A DNA stretch of 64,000 bases from Dictyostelium discoideum (GCA_000004695.1 CM000151.3:7904001-7968000); one strand, 5' to 3'. Numbered from the stretch's first letter, positions 1 to 13,418 are shown. Notes: a model not told the origin generated them from the sequence alone. Program-made: numbers and translations.

Positions 1-138
1 ATTGTTCCAATCACCATTATTGTTCCAATCGCCATTATTGTTCCAATCACCATTATTGTTCCAATCACCATTAACTTCACCATAAACTTTACCTCCCATA
101 CATAAGGCACCTACAACTAATAATGATAAAATCTTCAT
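1..138 (-). CDS. N-terminal fragment of a secreted repeat protein: signal peptide then GDWNNN hexapeptide repeats. The gene continues beyond the window start.
   Basis: Minus-strand ATG at 138..136. Translation is MKILSLLVVGALCMGGKVYGEVNGDWNNNGDWNNNGDWNNNGDWNN, open to position 1. The first 20 residues are a hydrophobic signal-peptide-like segment. Four 18-bp tandem DNA repeats (attgttccaatcaccatt) encode the repeats. Confidence 0.45.
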   Translation of the reverse strand, partial: MKILSLLVVGALCMGGKVYGEVNGDWNNNGDWNNNGDWNNNGDWNN

Positions 139-1077
139 TTTTTTTTTTTTTTGTTTTTTTTTTTTTTAAATTACTAGTTTTTGTTACAAATTGATTTTAC
201 AAATTTACTAAATATAAAAAACTTTTTATTAGAATTTTTAAATATTAAAAAAATTATTTATTTTAAATTTATGATTTTATAAATATTATATGTTTATTAA
301 ATTTCTTTTTTTTTTTTATATTAAATTATATATTGATAAATATATATATATATTAATAATTACATTTTAACTTTTTTTAATTGTATTGATATTTAATTTG
401 AATATGAACAAAATACTACAATGATTTAATATTTTTTTTTTTGAATAATTAAATAGATTATACTTTTTGTCTGTTAACTTTTTTTTTTTTTTTTTGAAAA
501 TAAAAAATAAATAAATAATAAAAAAAAATAATACAATTTAATAAAAAATAATTATTAAATTTGTTCTATGTTTTACAAATTATAATTGGTGTGAATTTTT
601 TCATATGCTTGTGTGTTGGGAGTGTGTTTGAAAATAAAATTTTTTTCTATCGCTATTAATAGAAAATTCTCACAGTGTATATATATATTATTGTTTTTTT
701 GGAAAAAAAAATAATTGAGTTGAAAGTGTGTTAATGTGTGAATGAATATTGAACAATGTACAATAAATAATTTTTATATGAGAAATGTAAAAAATGGGGT
801 AAATTAGTGTGTGGGTGTGTGAAAAAAAAAACAATTTATTAATTATTTGATTGATATACAAATATTTTAATGTAGTATGGGATTTTTTTTTTGGTATTTT
901 TATTTTTTTTATTTCTTTTTTTTTTTTATTTTTTTATTTTTTTTTAATAAAAATGTATATTTTTTGTAGATTATTATACCTATGATTTTAATCACAATGA
1001 TTTTTTAAATTTGGATATTCCCAGTAAAATCTTTTTTAATTAAATAGGTTAAAAAATAAAATAAAAAAACAAAATTA

Positions 1078-1111
<34 letters not shown>

Positions 1112-1277
1112 ATTTCCTTAATTTAAAAATGAGTTTGAGTATTAGTTATCTTAGAGTAAATTTAACTTTTTTTCCCTTCAAAAGATTATGTTTTTTTATA
1201 ACCATCTTAAAGAAATAAAAATTAATAAAAATTCTATTATATGTTTTTTTTGAAAATTAAAGAAATAAATTTGAATT

Positions 1278-1280
<3 letters not shown>

Positions 1281-1340
<60 letters not shown>
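1281..1340. repeat. (AAT)20 microsatellite, intergenic.
   Basis: Direct reading. Confidence 0.9.
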
Positions 1341-1341
<1 letters not shown>

Positions 1342-1629
1342 GGAATATTAGTTTATGTTTTAAAATTTAAATTCATTTTGAATTAATTAATTTGAAAATA
1401 ATTCTTAATATATTGAAGTTCAAAAATAAATTTCCATTTGAATTTATTAAAAAAATATATTAGTGATTGTATAAAAAAAAGTTTATTTTATTTTTTCCAA
1501 AATAAAAATAAATATAAAAAAAATAAAGGTATTTTATTTATTTCTTTTGTTTTGTTTTTGTTTTTTTATTTAATTTTATTTTGTTTTTTTTTTCTTTTTT
1601 AGTTTTTTTTATTTTTTTTATTATTTCAT

Positions 1630-3779
1630 TTATAAACTCTTTTTATTTTGATATTCTTTAAGGGCAGATCTATAATCGATTTCAGGTACATGATCAATTG
1701 GAGCATCGAGATCAACATATTCTCTAATTCCTCTTGGATCCATTGAGGAGGTACTGTGTCTTGAGGGTTGAGTTGGATAAGGACGATAACGCATTGATTG
1801 TGGTGGACCGCCATCCATACCAGGAGGGCCACTACCATAACGACCTCCACTACCACCACCATTGCTACTACTATTTGGAGAGAGATTACCTGTTGGACCA
1901 CCATAACTTCGTCTCATTGGAACAGGACCACCCACCATATGAGGAGGGATTGGACCTCCGTTGCCACTACCGCCGCCGCCACCACCAGTGGCAGTGCCAT
2001 TTGCACCACCAGGTCTACCACGCATATTATTTGGTGAGGCGAAAACTGGTGACATAATTTGAACCATACCTTGATTTGGAATCATACCTGGAATGATCAT
2101 TGGAACCACCACAGTTTCCCATTGACCAATGGCAGGATTAAATCTAGTTCTTGGTGTTAACATTTGAGTGGCAGTACCAGGTGGATGACCACCTCTACCT
2201 AAGCCTGTACCACCTGGAGCACTAGGTCCGTAACCACCGAAAACCATTTGATTTTGATTTTGACTTTGCGGTGGTAGTGGTGTGATACGACGTGGATCAG
2301 AGAAATAATTTAAAAAGAATTGTTCCTCTGTTCCTTTTGCTTCCGATTCCTTTTGTAAATCTTCAGGATGCTTTAGATTGATATGTTTCTTTACAAACTC
2401 TGCACCTCTAAATAATTTTGAACATAAACTACATTTAAATTTCTCCTCTTCAATCTTTATGGTATTGGTGGCAATATATTCTTCAGCCGCCTTTTCAATT
2501 GATTCCTTACAAGTATATTGTTCTTCTGATGTTGGAATCTTATTAATCTTATTCTTTGTATTATTATCCAAAGATGTTACCCATAACATTTCACTTTCTG
2601 TTGTTAATTTTGGTTGTTTATTATCAATTTCCATTGATGTTGTTGTTGTTGTTGTTGTTGCTGATGTAGTATTATTTGTTGTTGTTGTTTTTGTTGTTGT
2701 TTCATCATCCTCCATTTCTTTATCTTCATCTACTTTTTCAGGTTTATCTTCTTTTATTTTATCTTGATTTTCTTCTTCTACTTTTTCAGGTTTATCCTCT
2801 TGTATTTTATCTTCTTCTTCTTCTTTATCTTCTTTTATTTTATCTTGTTCTTCTTCTTGTTCTTCTTTATTATTTTCTGTTGTTTTTGTTGTTGTAGTTG
2901 CTGTTGTTGATGTGGTAATTGATGATGATGATGATGATGATGATGATTGAATAGCTGTGTTATTATTATTAATATTATTATTATTATTAATGATTGAAGT
3001 TTGTTCACCCTGTGTTCTTCTTAAATGAATGGTACCACATTTTCTAGTGGTTTCACATTCATCACTAAATTCCTCAGAACAATAATAACAATAAAAATGA
3101 ACATATCTAAGATAGAGTATAGTTCTATCTAAACGTTCAATATTTGTTAATGAATCCCATTTCTCGAATGAATTGATTGGATTATTTGTGATACCTTTAT
3201 TTTCATCAAATAATTTCATCAATGTTGTTGATTGTTCTAAATCAATAGTTATTCTATTCTCTGTTGATGCAATATTTGGTGTAATCTTAAATCTTCTTTC
3301 TGCATCTTCTGATGGTTTATTAATATTTAAATATAAATCGAAATCTCTCATCTACATTTTTTTAAAAAAATATATAAATATTTAAGAAATAAAATTAAAT
3401 TAAAAAAAAAAAAAAAAAAACACATACCTTATGACCATTTAATTCTTTTAATGCTTTTGAAGCGAGTTCAGCATTTTTAAAAGTTACCCAACCTAAACGA
3501 TAAAAGTTTTTATATCTAACTGGTTCACTTAATGTTAACTTTGTAACACAAATTTCACCATTTCCAACTTTATTTAAAACTTCCAATAATTCTTCTTTTG
3601 TACAAGTAGGTGATACTGCTTTAATAAATAATGTTGATTTTTCTTTATCATTAATATTAGATTTATTTATAGATGTTATGCTAGTTGATATATTATTATT
3701 GTTGTTGTTATTGGTATTGCTATTATTATTGTTGTTAGTATTATTATTATTACTCTTTTCTTCTGTTTCTGTTGTTGTA

Positions 3780-3846
<67 letters not shown>

Positions 3847-5062
3847 CACTAACTTCTTCACCTGTTGCTGAAGTTGTTGTTATAGTTGTAGTATTATTTG
3901 TATTATTGGTTGTGGTTGATGTATTATTTATATTGTTACTATTATCCTCATTATTTATATGAGGATGATGATGATGATGCATATCTAAACCATCTAAATC
4001 TAATTTATCACCTTCTTTAATATTATCCTTTGACTCTAATGAAAATTTATGATTTTCTAGAAAAAAAAAAATAAAAAAAAGATAATGTTAGCAACTTATA
4101 ATTTTAAATGAAAAAAAAAAAAAAAGAAAGAAAACATACCATCATTTAAATTTAAAGCAAAAGTTTGAATAAATGATTTTGATTTTTCAACTTTTTCTTT
4201 TCTTTTCTTTGCTAAAAAGAAAGGATCATATTTTTCTTTAAACCATTCTTCTTGTTGATGCTCCTTAAAGAATACTCTAGATTGTCTCTTTGAGTATTCA
4301 ATTTTATATTCTTCATATTTTTTATCTGCTTCAATTGGTGTGATTGAATCATCTTGATAATCTAAAAACTGTTTATAAGATCTAAAATAACCACCTTCAA
4401 AAATATCTCCTCTCTTTTGTGCCCTCTTTGGTCCACCTATTAATCCTTTTGCTGATCCACTTGGAATTGTTGATGGACTTGATATTGATGTTGATGTTGA
4501 TGTTGTCATTCCATTAGTATTATTATTATTATTTTCATTATTATTATTATTATTATTATTAATATTGTTATTATTAATATTATTATTACTATTATTATCT
4601 ACAACCATTGACGAAGGGAACCCATTTCTATTACCTCTATACCCGTTACTATTATTACTACTACTAATATTATTATTGTTATTATTATTGTTATTATTAT
4701 TGTTGTTGTTATTATTATTATTATTGTTATTATTATTATTACCACCATCCCTATAAATATATCACATGTTAATAAAATTAATTACTATAATATAAATAAT
4801 ATGAAAAAAATACATACCAATCATCTCTACCTCTACCTCTACCTCTATATGGTGAAGGTGATCTTCTTCTTCTTTCAGGTGAATGATCACCTCTTCTTGA
4901 ATATCTATCTGGTGAATATCTTTCATAGTCTCTCTCTCTACTATCATCTCTTCTCTTTCTATATCTATTATCATAATCCCTATCACTATCACTATCGGAC
5001 GAACTATCTCTATTTGGTCTTAATGGTCTACCAAATTCATCAACTGCTTCTTCTTGTTCCAT
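1630..5062 (-). CDS. Ars2/SRRT (serrate RNA effector molecule) homolog, 4 exons: 4818..5062, 4140..4750, 3428..4056, 1630..3351.
   Basis: Exon 1 is an RS/RD-rich N-terminus (DRDYDNRYRKRRDDSRERDYERYSPDRYSRRGDHSPERRRRSPSPYRGRGRGRDDW). Exon 2 carries the conserved EEWFKEKYDP motif. Exon 3 carries the RRM-like region RLGWVTFKNAELASKAL. Exon 4 has LYLRYVHFYCYYC, CGTIHLRR, the C2H2-like CSLCSKLFRGAEFVKKHINLKHPE, and the C-terminal EYVDLDAP motif. All of these align to human SRRT. Donors GTATGT fall at 4817, 4139 and 3427 and the acceptors are TAG; phases check out. Confidence 0.85.
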
Positions 5063-5553
5063 TTTATTTATTTGTGTGTATGTGTATTTGTGTATGTGTG
5101 TATTTATGTTTATATTTGCTTGGTTTTTAAAATATTAAATTATGGGGTGAATGTATTTAATTTTATTGATTGTTAATTATTTCGTACTATTACTATTTGA
5201 ACAACTTTTTTAATTTTTTTACTTTATTTTTTTATTTTTTTATTTTTTTATTTTTTTTATTTTATTTGAAAGTTATTGTAATTTTTAATAAATTAAAATT
5301 TTAATCTATATAATATTATTATTTTTTTTTTATTATTTTTTTTATTTTTTTTTATTTTTTTTAATATAATTTTTTATTTTATTTTGTACATATATTTTAA
5401 ATATACTAAATTTAATTCTCCTATTCCAAAAAACAACAATGAACAAATTAGGATATTTTAAAACTAATTATTATCTCTAATAATTTGTAGGTTGATTGTT
5501 TAATGTTATGAAAGTGAAATAAAAAAAAAAAAAAAAATTTTTTATAATTTTTG

Positions 5554-5588
<35 letters not shown>

Positions 5589-5708
5589 AAAATAAAAATA
5601 AAAAAATAAAAATAAAAAAATAAAATTAAAAATTTTTTTTTTTTTTTTTTTCACTCACTCCACAAATTTTTATTATTTATTTATTGTTTTTATTTGTTTT
5701 TATTATTT

Positions 5709-5755
<47 letters not shown>

Positions 5756-5799
5756 ATAAAATAATAAAATAATAAAATAATAACAATAATAAAATAATA

Positions 5800-6348
5800 A
5801 TGATAACCAATTTTAACGGAAATGAAAATAAAAAAAAAGTTTTAATATCATTCGATTCATTCAAAGATTGTTTAAGTTCATTCGAAATTGGAAAGTGTGC
5901 TGATAAATCATTAAAAGAAAAATATAGTGGTGGTAGTGGTAGTGATGAAAAACAGATTGAAACAGAAATTTTAAAAATTAGTGATGGTGGTGAAGCATTA
6001 CTCGAATGTTTAGAATCAAGTTTAGGTTTAAAGTTGGTTGAAATTGATACTAAGGAATATTCAATAATTGGACCATTAGGAACTCAAATTGAAAAACCAT
6101 TTGTTCATTATGCAGTAAATGAACAAGAGAAATATGCAGTCATTGAAATGGCAGAAGTTAGTGGTATTCAATTGGTTCCAACCTCAAAACGTAATCCATT
6201 CAATACTACTACCTATGGTACAGGTCAATTAATCAAACATGCCATCGAAATTGGTGGTTATAAAACAATTTATATTGGTGCAGGTGGTTCTGCAACAAAT
6301 GATGCTGGTTTAGGTGCATTACAATCTTTAGATGTGATCGATATTATT

Positions 6349-6413
<65 letters not shown>

Positions 6414-7113
6414 AAATAATAATATATTATTTGGTAAAGATTTAAATAAAATTAAAGAAATTAAAATAAAGAATAAATTTAAATTTAAAGATGTTTTATT
6501 TTATTTTTTAACAGATGTTAGAAATGTAATGATTGGAGAGAAGGGTGCAGTTTATAGTTTCTCTGAACAAAAAGGAGCGAAAACAAAAGAGGATAAAGAA
6601 ATATTAGAGAAAGGAATGATCAATGTTTTAAATCATTTACCAGTGGATATATCAATGATTGAAGGCTCTGGTGCTGCTGGTGGTTTACCAAGTAGTTTTC
6701 TTTCAATTTTCAATGAATCAACTCAAATCATTAATGGCATGGATTTCGTTTGTAAATCCTATGGTTTAGATGAGAAGTTTCAATCAAATCAAATTAAACT
6801 TATAATCACAGGTGAAGGTTGTTTTGATGAAACTACTTTAGATGGTAAAGTTGTTTCAAAAATGTATTATTACTCAAAAACATTCAATTGCAAGTTATTA
6901 ATTATATGTGGTAAAAATAATTTATTAAAATCATCATCATCATCATCATCAGCATCCAATTCATTCCCAAATGATTCAAATATTCAAATCTATGATTTAG
7001 TTTCACTATTTGGTATTGAAAACTCATTAAATAATACCAAACATTGTATTGAAACACTATTTAAACAAAATGAAAATTTAACAATGTTTTTAAATAAAAT
7101 TATATTATCATAA
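5800..7113 (+). CDS. Glycerate kinase (GlxK/GckA family), single exon, with a poly-Asn insertion.
   Basis: 437-aa ORF. The N-terminal SFDSFKDCLSS, ISDGGEALLE, GAGGSATNDAGLGALQSL and ITGEGCFDETTLDGKVV motifs match the glycerate kinase family. (AAT)n encodes an N24 insertion. Confidence 0.85.
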
Positions 7114-7259
7114 ATGTACTATTTATTTTTTAAATTTCTTTTTTAAATTTTCACCATTATCTTCATTCTTTCTTTTATTTTTCTTTATACCTTTTTCTTT
7201 TAAAACTTGATTTAAAAATCTAAAAATAATAAAAAATTAATACACAATATCTATATTTA

Positions 7260-7847
7260 TTATATATATAAATATAACACATACTTTTCAGCATCTTCAA
7301 TTGTATTTTTAAATTTTTTATCTTGACTATTATTTACATTTGGTTCATTTATCTTTTTATCTGTATTATTATTATTATTATTATTACTACTATTATTTTT
7401 TTTATTATTTTTATTATTTTTATTATTATTACTTAGTATTTTATCTTTAATTTGTTGATCATTATCATCATCTTTAAAAGTTATAATATTATTTTTCTCA
7501 TCAATTTGAATGTGTTTTGATCTTTGTGCTTCAATTTGTTTATTTTGAACTGATTTCTCTTTATTTAATTTATCGAGATTAGAGTTAAAGCTACCAAATG
7601 ACATTCTACCAACACTTTTAAATCCTAAAACTTCACTTGTACTACTTGTATTTAATGTTTCACCATCGAATGATCCTTTGGCGACCCAATGTGAATCTTT
7701 TATTGATTTCTCTAATTTCGCTTGTAACTCTTCCCTATATGCTGCTTCTTTTTTATTTTGCATAAATTTCATTTTTGACAATGTCTCTGATATACCTGAT
7801 CCTGTTCTGGATGGTGATTCTGTTGCTTTATCTAATCCATTCATCAT
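7260..7847 (-). CDS. Hypothetical protein, 195 aa, charged with an N/K-rich tail.
   Basis: Clean ORF with non-repetitive N-terminal 110 aa (MMNGLDKATESPSRTGSGISETLSKMKFMQNKKEAAYREELQAKLEKSIKDSHWVAKGSFDGE...). I could recognise no domain. Confidence 0.5.
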   Translation of the reverse strand: MMNGLDKATESPSRTGSGISETLSKMKFMQNKKEAAYREELQAKLEKSIKDSHWVAKGSFDGETLNTSSTSEVLGFKSVGRMSFGSFNSNLDKLNKEKSVQNKQIEAQRSKHIQIDEKNNIITFKDDDNDQQIKDKILSNNNKNNKNNKKNNSSNNNNNNNTDKKINEPNVNNSQDKKFKNTIEDAEKYVLYLYI

Positions 7848-8602
7848 ATCTTTCTTTCTTTTTTTTTTTTTAATTAATTAAAAAAAGTATATGTTGTTTG
7901 TTGGGGGGTGTATGGAAAATTAAATTAAATGATTCAATTTTTTCGTTTTTTTTTTTTATTTTTTTTTATTTTTTTTTTCCATTTTTTTTTTTTTTTTTTT
8001 TTTTCAATTTTAATTTTGTGGTTTTTATTTTCTAAAAATGTCATATATATTCATAGACAAATTTATACATATATATATGATAAAAAAAATGAAATAAAAT
8101 AAAAAAAATTCTATTTTTGTGTAATAACTATTTATTTAATTATTTTTTTTTTTCAAAAAAAATAAATAAATAAATAAATAAAAAGAATAAAAAAATAACC
8201 AGTTATAGTGATGTTCTGAATTTAAATAGAAAAATTTTTTTATTTTATTTTTTTTTAAAAATTTTTTTTTTTATTTTTTTTTTAAAATTTTTTTTTTTTA
8301 ATTAAATTTTTTTTTTTTTTATTTTTTATTTTTTTTTTTAAAATTAAATTTTTTTTTTTAAAAATTTGATATTACCTATAATATACACAAAAAAAAAAAT
8401 AAAAAAAAAATAAAAAAAAAGATAAAAACTAAATTAAAAAAGAAAAAAAAAAAAAAATAATAAAAAAAAAAAAGAGAGAATAGAAAATAAAAAAGAAATA
8501 CAAAAAAAAAAAAAAAAAAAAAAAGAAATCCAAAAAAAAAAAAAAGGAATCCAAAAAAATAAAAAAAAAAAATAAAAAAAAAAAAAATATATATAAACAT
8601 AT

Positions 8603-9487
8603 ATGATGAACAATATTGATAAAATTGAAAAAGATATTATGTATATGAACCCCATTGATTCTAAATTTTTTTTCAAACCTACTGTTATTAATGATAATAA
8701 TAATAATAATAATATAAATAATATAAATAATATAAATAATAATTATACAAAAATAAATAATTATAATAATCTTATAAATACCAATATTAACAATAAAAAT
8801 AATAGTAATAGTAATAGTGTATTTTCACAACCAGATCAAGCAGCTACTATTACCAATATATCAAACCCTTGTACATTAGCATCGCCAACACCATCATCAC
8901 CATCGAATAATAAACTTTTAATGATACAAAGAGATGATATGGAAAAAGATATAAATGATTATTCAAATTTAAATTTTGACCCTCATCAAATGTCAAAACC
9001 ATCATATCATCATCATTCTCATTCTCATTCTCATCATTCTCATTCTCATTCTCATTCTCAAAATAGTCATTACCTTAACAATTTACAACTTCAAAATTTA
9101 CAAAACTTTCAACAACAACATCAACAAAAGCCAATTTCACCACCACCATCATCTTTAAATATAGTTGTAAATAGAAATAGGTTTTTTGAAAATTCTGATC
9201 CAAACTTTTCTTACTTTTCTCATAATGAATCAAATATATCTGACTTTTTCTACAACTATGTACATTATGATCATAATTTCAACTTTAATGAAAATTCTTT
9301 TATTTTTAATACCAACAACAACAATAATAATAATAATGAAATAAATAATAGTGTTATTGGTAATGATATTTTACAGACAGTACCTCCTTCACCAACTCCA
9401 ACACCACCTCCACCACCACAACAACAACAATTTACACAAATTAAAAATACAAATTATATTTTCGTACCCCAACAATTAAAACAATAG
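8603..9487 (+). CDS. Hypothetical low-complexity protein, 294 aa (Asn-rich, HS dipeptide repeat, Pro/Gln-rich C-terminus).
   Basis: ORF with Dictyostelium-typical poly-N, (HS)n and PTPTPPPPPQQQQ tracts. No recognisable domain. Confidence 0.4.
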   Translation: MMNNIDKIEKDIMYMNPIDSKFFFKPTVINDNNNNNNINNINNINNNYTKINNYNNLINTNINNKNNSNSNSVFSQPDQAATITNISNPCTLASPTPSSPSNNKLLMIQRDDMEKDINDYSNLNFDPHQMSKPSYHHHSHSHSHHSHSHSHSQNSHYLNNLQLQNLQNFQQQHQQKPISPPPSSLNIVVNRNRFFENSDPNFSYFSHNESNISDFFYNYVHYDHNFNFNENSFIFNTNNNNNNNNEINNSVIGNDILQTVPPSPTPTPPPPPQQQQFTQIKNTNYIFVPQQLKQ

Positions 9488-9688
9488 GATAGTATTAAGA
9501 AAAAAAAAAAAAAAGAAATGAAAGAAAAAAAAAAAAAAAAAAAAAAAAAAAGAAAGAAATAATTTTTTTTATTTGAATAAAATATTAGTTTATTATTATT
9601 ACTATTTTTAAAGTGTTTTGACTATTTCTTTTTTTTTTTTTCTTTTTCTTTTTCTTTTTTTTTTTTTTTTCGTTTGATTTTATTAATT

Positions 9689-10705
9689 TTATCTACGTAG
9701 TGAAGAAGTTTGATAATTTTGATTAAAACTATTTATTGAAGTTGAATTCCAATGTTGTTGAATAGTTTTTAATTCATTTTCTAATCTATGTAACCTATTT
9801 AAAACGAAACCTGTAACACCTACAACAGGGTCATCAGCAGATAAAATCGAATGGTCCATTGAAAAGAAATCTTTATCATATTGTTGCATTTTATTTAAAT
9901 GATTGGTATCTTTTAATAACTCTATAAGTGGTGAAAAATTAATTTCTTTCACTTTATTTTGTTGTTGTTTTCTTTGAATTCTCTCAATAATTTGTTTACA
10001 ATTATTTTGAAATTTATTAAAATCAAATTCATTATTTAATTTCATTGTATTATATATTTTAATTTGTTCATTTGATTGATGTGATTCCTGTTGCTGTTGC
10101 TGTTGTTGTTCAATATGATTTAATGGTACAAGCGGGTTATTTAAAAAAATATCGATTGAATATTGATCTGATAAATCAGATAATTCGTTATATAATATAC
10201 ATAAACTTTCTTTAATGAAAATATCAATTAATCTATGTACTTGAATAATTAATTGTGAAACTAATTTATTATAAATTAATGTATTATGTTGTTTTGGTTG
10301 TTGAGGTTGTTGTTGTTGTAATGATTGGGGTTGAGGTTGTTGATTATTATTTTCTTTTTTAGTAAATGATAGATTGTCCATATGTTTTCTAACTATAATT
10401 AAATCTCTATCAATTTCAGACATTGAAGAAGGTGGTGTATCTAAATACATTACTGGTATAACAGAGAAATTGAATGAATCTTCTTCAATTAAGAATTTAT
10501 CTGTTTGATTTTCAATTAATTCTAAATACCATTCTGCTAATTCTTTTTTCTTATTACCTGAAATATAAAATTCTTTTTTAATCTTTAATATCTTTTGTTC
10601 ATATTCACTCTTTATTTGTTCTTTAATTGGAATAGTTGAAAATTTTAAAAAATTTGGTAATACATCTTCTTCATATAAATAAATTTCTTTTTCATTATTT
10701 TCCAT
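9689..10705 (-). CDS. Hypothetical protein, 338 aa.
   Basis: Long ORF with mostly non-repetitive sequence (MENNEKEIYLYEEDVLPNFLKFSTIPIKEQ...LNRLHRLENELKTIQQHWNS) plus internal poly-Q tracts. No domain recognised. Confidence 0.55.
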   Translation of the reverse strand: MENNEKEIYLYEEDVLPNFLKFSTIPIKEQIKSEYEQKILKIKKEFYISGNKKKELAEWYLELIENQTDKFLIEEDSFNFSVIPVMYLDTPPSSMSEIDRDLIIVRKHMDNLSFTKKENNNQQPQPQSLQQQQPQQPKQHNTLIYNKLVSQLIIQVHRLIDIFIKESLCILYNELSDLSDQYSIDIFLNNPLVPLNHIEQQQQQQQESHQSNEQIKIYNTMKLNNEFDFNKFQNNCKQIIERIQRKQQQNKVKEINFSPLIELLKDTNHLNKMQQYDKDFFSMDHSILSADDPVVGVTGFVLNRLHRLENELKTIQQHWNSTSINSFNQNYQTSSLRR

Positions 10706-11395
10706 TATTTATAATAATAATAATAATAAAAAAAATAATAATAATAACTATAATATTTTAAATGTTTTTTTTTTTTTTTTAGTTTTTTAATTAATCAAAA
10801 ATTAAATTATAAAAAAAAAAAAAAAAAAAAATTAAATTATGAAAAAAAAAAAAAAAATAAAATAAAATAAAATAAAAAAAAATAAAAAAAAAAAAAAAAA
10901 AATTAAAAGTGGAATGATCATGCATACCCACAAAAAGCACTATTTATTTTTTCATTTTATTTTTTGTTTCATTTTCTTTTTTTTTTTTTTCTTTTTTAAC
11001 AAAAATACAAAAAACGAATGTATCCATTCCGTTTTTGATTTAATTTTTTATTTAAATGTGTTGGTTCATTAATGTGAAAAGAGAGGATGCAGATAAAAAA
11101 AAAAAATAAAAATAAAAAATAAAAAAATAACAGCAACAACAAATGTAACAAAACCAGTTGTTATTCGTTACTATAATTATTTTTTAGTATTATTCATTTT
11201 ATTATTAAACAATAGTAGTGATGATAGGTTGTTTATCATTATTGCCCCCCCCCCCACACGCTAATTATCTTATTTTATAGCTAAAAGCAATTTGTTTATC
11301 ATCACAACTATTGTTGTTATTGCTGATTTTTTTTTTTTTCCTGCGACCACTATATCACATTAATAGGTGCCGGTGCCCAACACACATATTTAAAT

Positions 11396-11437
<42 letters not shown>

Positions 11438-11484
11438 ATCAATCTTGTCACACCCACTTCTTTTTATATTTTTTATTTATTTAT

Positions 11485-12629
11485 TTAATATAGTATTATT
11501 ATTTCTACCAATGATAGTAATAATAATAAAGTTAATGAAATTATTGATAATTTTAAAGAATTACTACTTTGATATTGTTGTTCATCAATATCTCTATAGG
11601 TTACAGTAAAGATTGTATTTTTACATGGATTTTTTTTTTGAATTTCAATATCAATATATTTACAATGTTTAGTGAAACATGATGATCTTGAATAAAAATT
11701 TTCAACCATTCTACATCTATTTCTAATGATACATTCAGTTTTTCTTGTAAGATGTTCAAAATGATCGTATGTATCATTTAAACAGTTTCCACTATTACAA
11801 TCACAATATTTACCAATACCACATGAATTTATTGAACATTGTTTTTCACTATTATTCTCATTAATTGAATTAGAATCATTTAATGATTCTATACAAGTTC
11901 CTTTTTTTGAACACTAAATATCATTATTATTATTATTATTAAAAGATAATTAATATTATTATTATTTTAATTATTTTTAATTATTTAAAAATAAATAAAT
12001 ATTACAGTTAAATTTGGTTTACATTGATAATCAAAATCATCATTAAAAGTACAAGTTTCATTTAAATCTAAACTATATGGTAATGAACATAATTGAGTTG
12101 ATTCTGAACAAAATGCAAGTGTATCACAAGCAACATCTGAACCTGAACATGATTGATTTAGTTGAATTGAGTAAACACATTGTGAATCAACACATGCGAA
12201 TCCACCTTGACATTCGTTATCGGATGTACATGTATTTGATTTTAGTTTACAAAAACCATCAATACATGAAACTTTATCAACACCAAGTGAACAATCTTGA
12301 TCCCTTGAACACTGTTCACCGACACTTGAAAACCTAATATTATCACATTGATTGGCTTCTGAACATAATAAACCAATATCACAAACTGAGCTATCTACAC
12401 AAGATTCTCCATATCTTTTAGGTTGAATACAAACATACTTTTCAAATTCATTATTCGGATCTGATCCACATATTAATCCATCTGAACATGATCCAATTTT
12501 AAAACCATCTGTAACACATTCTTCACCTTCTTTTAAACATTTAAAACATTTTGGTTCAATTTGTTGACAATTTATTAAAAAATTATTTAATTTTAAAATT
12601 ATTATTAAAAATATTATTATTATTCTCAT
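11485..12629 (-). CDS. Secreted cysteine-rich (EGF/disintegrin-like spacing) protein with a probable GPI-anchor signal. Two exons: 12006..12629 and 11485..11913.
   Basis: N-terminal signal peptide MRIIIIFLIIILKLNNFLINCQQ. About 50 Cys in CxxxxC / CxDG patterns. The C-terminal hydrophobic tail SLKLSIISLTLLLLLSLVEIIILY is typical of GPI attachment. Intron 11914..12005 has a GTAATA donor and TAG acceptor. Exon 2 translation has no stops. Confidence 0.65.
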
Positions 12630-13202
12630 AATTATTTGTTGGATTTTTGGATATTTTTTTATTTTAGTATAAATAATTTTAAAAATAAATAAATAAATAA
12701 ATAAAAAAAACTTTTTTAAAAAAATATATATATCAATATATAAATAAAATTAAAATGAATTATTTTTTTTTTAAACATATTTTTTTCAAATTCCAACAAC
12801 ATTTAATATTATTTAATATTTTTATTATAAAAAAAAAAAAAAAAAAAATTAAATATTTTAGATAAATTTAACACACTAACTATTTATTATTTATTTGTAA
12901 TAAAGGTGTGTTGGGGAAATTTGGTGTTTGTGTGTGTATGTTTTTAAGGTGTGGGTTTGATAAAATCATATCATGTAAAATTCGATATTATTAATATTAT
13001 TATTTTTTTTTATTTCATTTTCTACATATTTTTTTTATTCAAATTTATAAAAATTGTAATTTCAACATTTTTCAATACTATCTAAACTATTATAAAAGAT
13101 TCTAAAAGAATCTTTTCAGAATTCTTTTTTATTTTTTTTTTTTTAATTTTCACATTTTGACAACAAATAATTTTTCATTTTATATTTTTTTTTTTTTTTT
13201 TT

Positions 13203-13238
<36 letters not shown>

Positions 13239-13418
13239 CTAACTTCCATCTTAACCAAACGAATTCTTATTTTATTTTATTCCGAGCCATCTTATTTTTT
13301 CAGATTACATTTTCAAAAAAAAAAAATAAAAAAATAAAAAAAACAAAATAAAAAAAAAAATATATAAAAAAAAAAATAAATAATAATAATAATAATAAAA
13401 AATAATAATAATAATACA

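Noticed and set aside
1734-2057. Plus-strand ORFs (107 and 79 aa) inside the SRRT last exon.
   Set aside because: They are antisense to a strongly supported conserved CDS and composed of H/Y/T-rich tracts.
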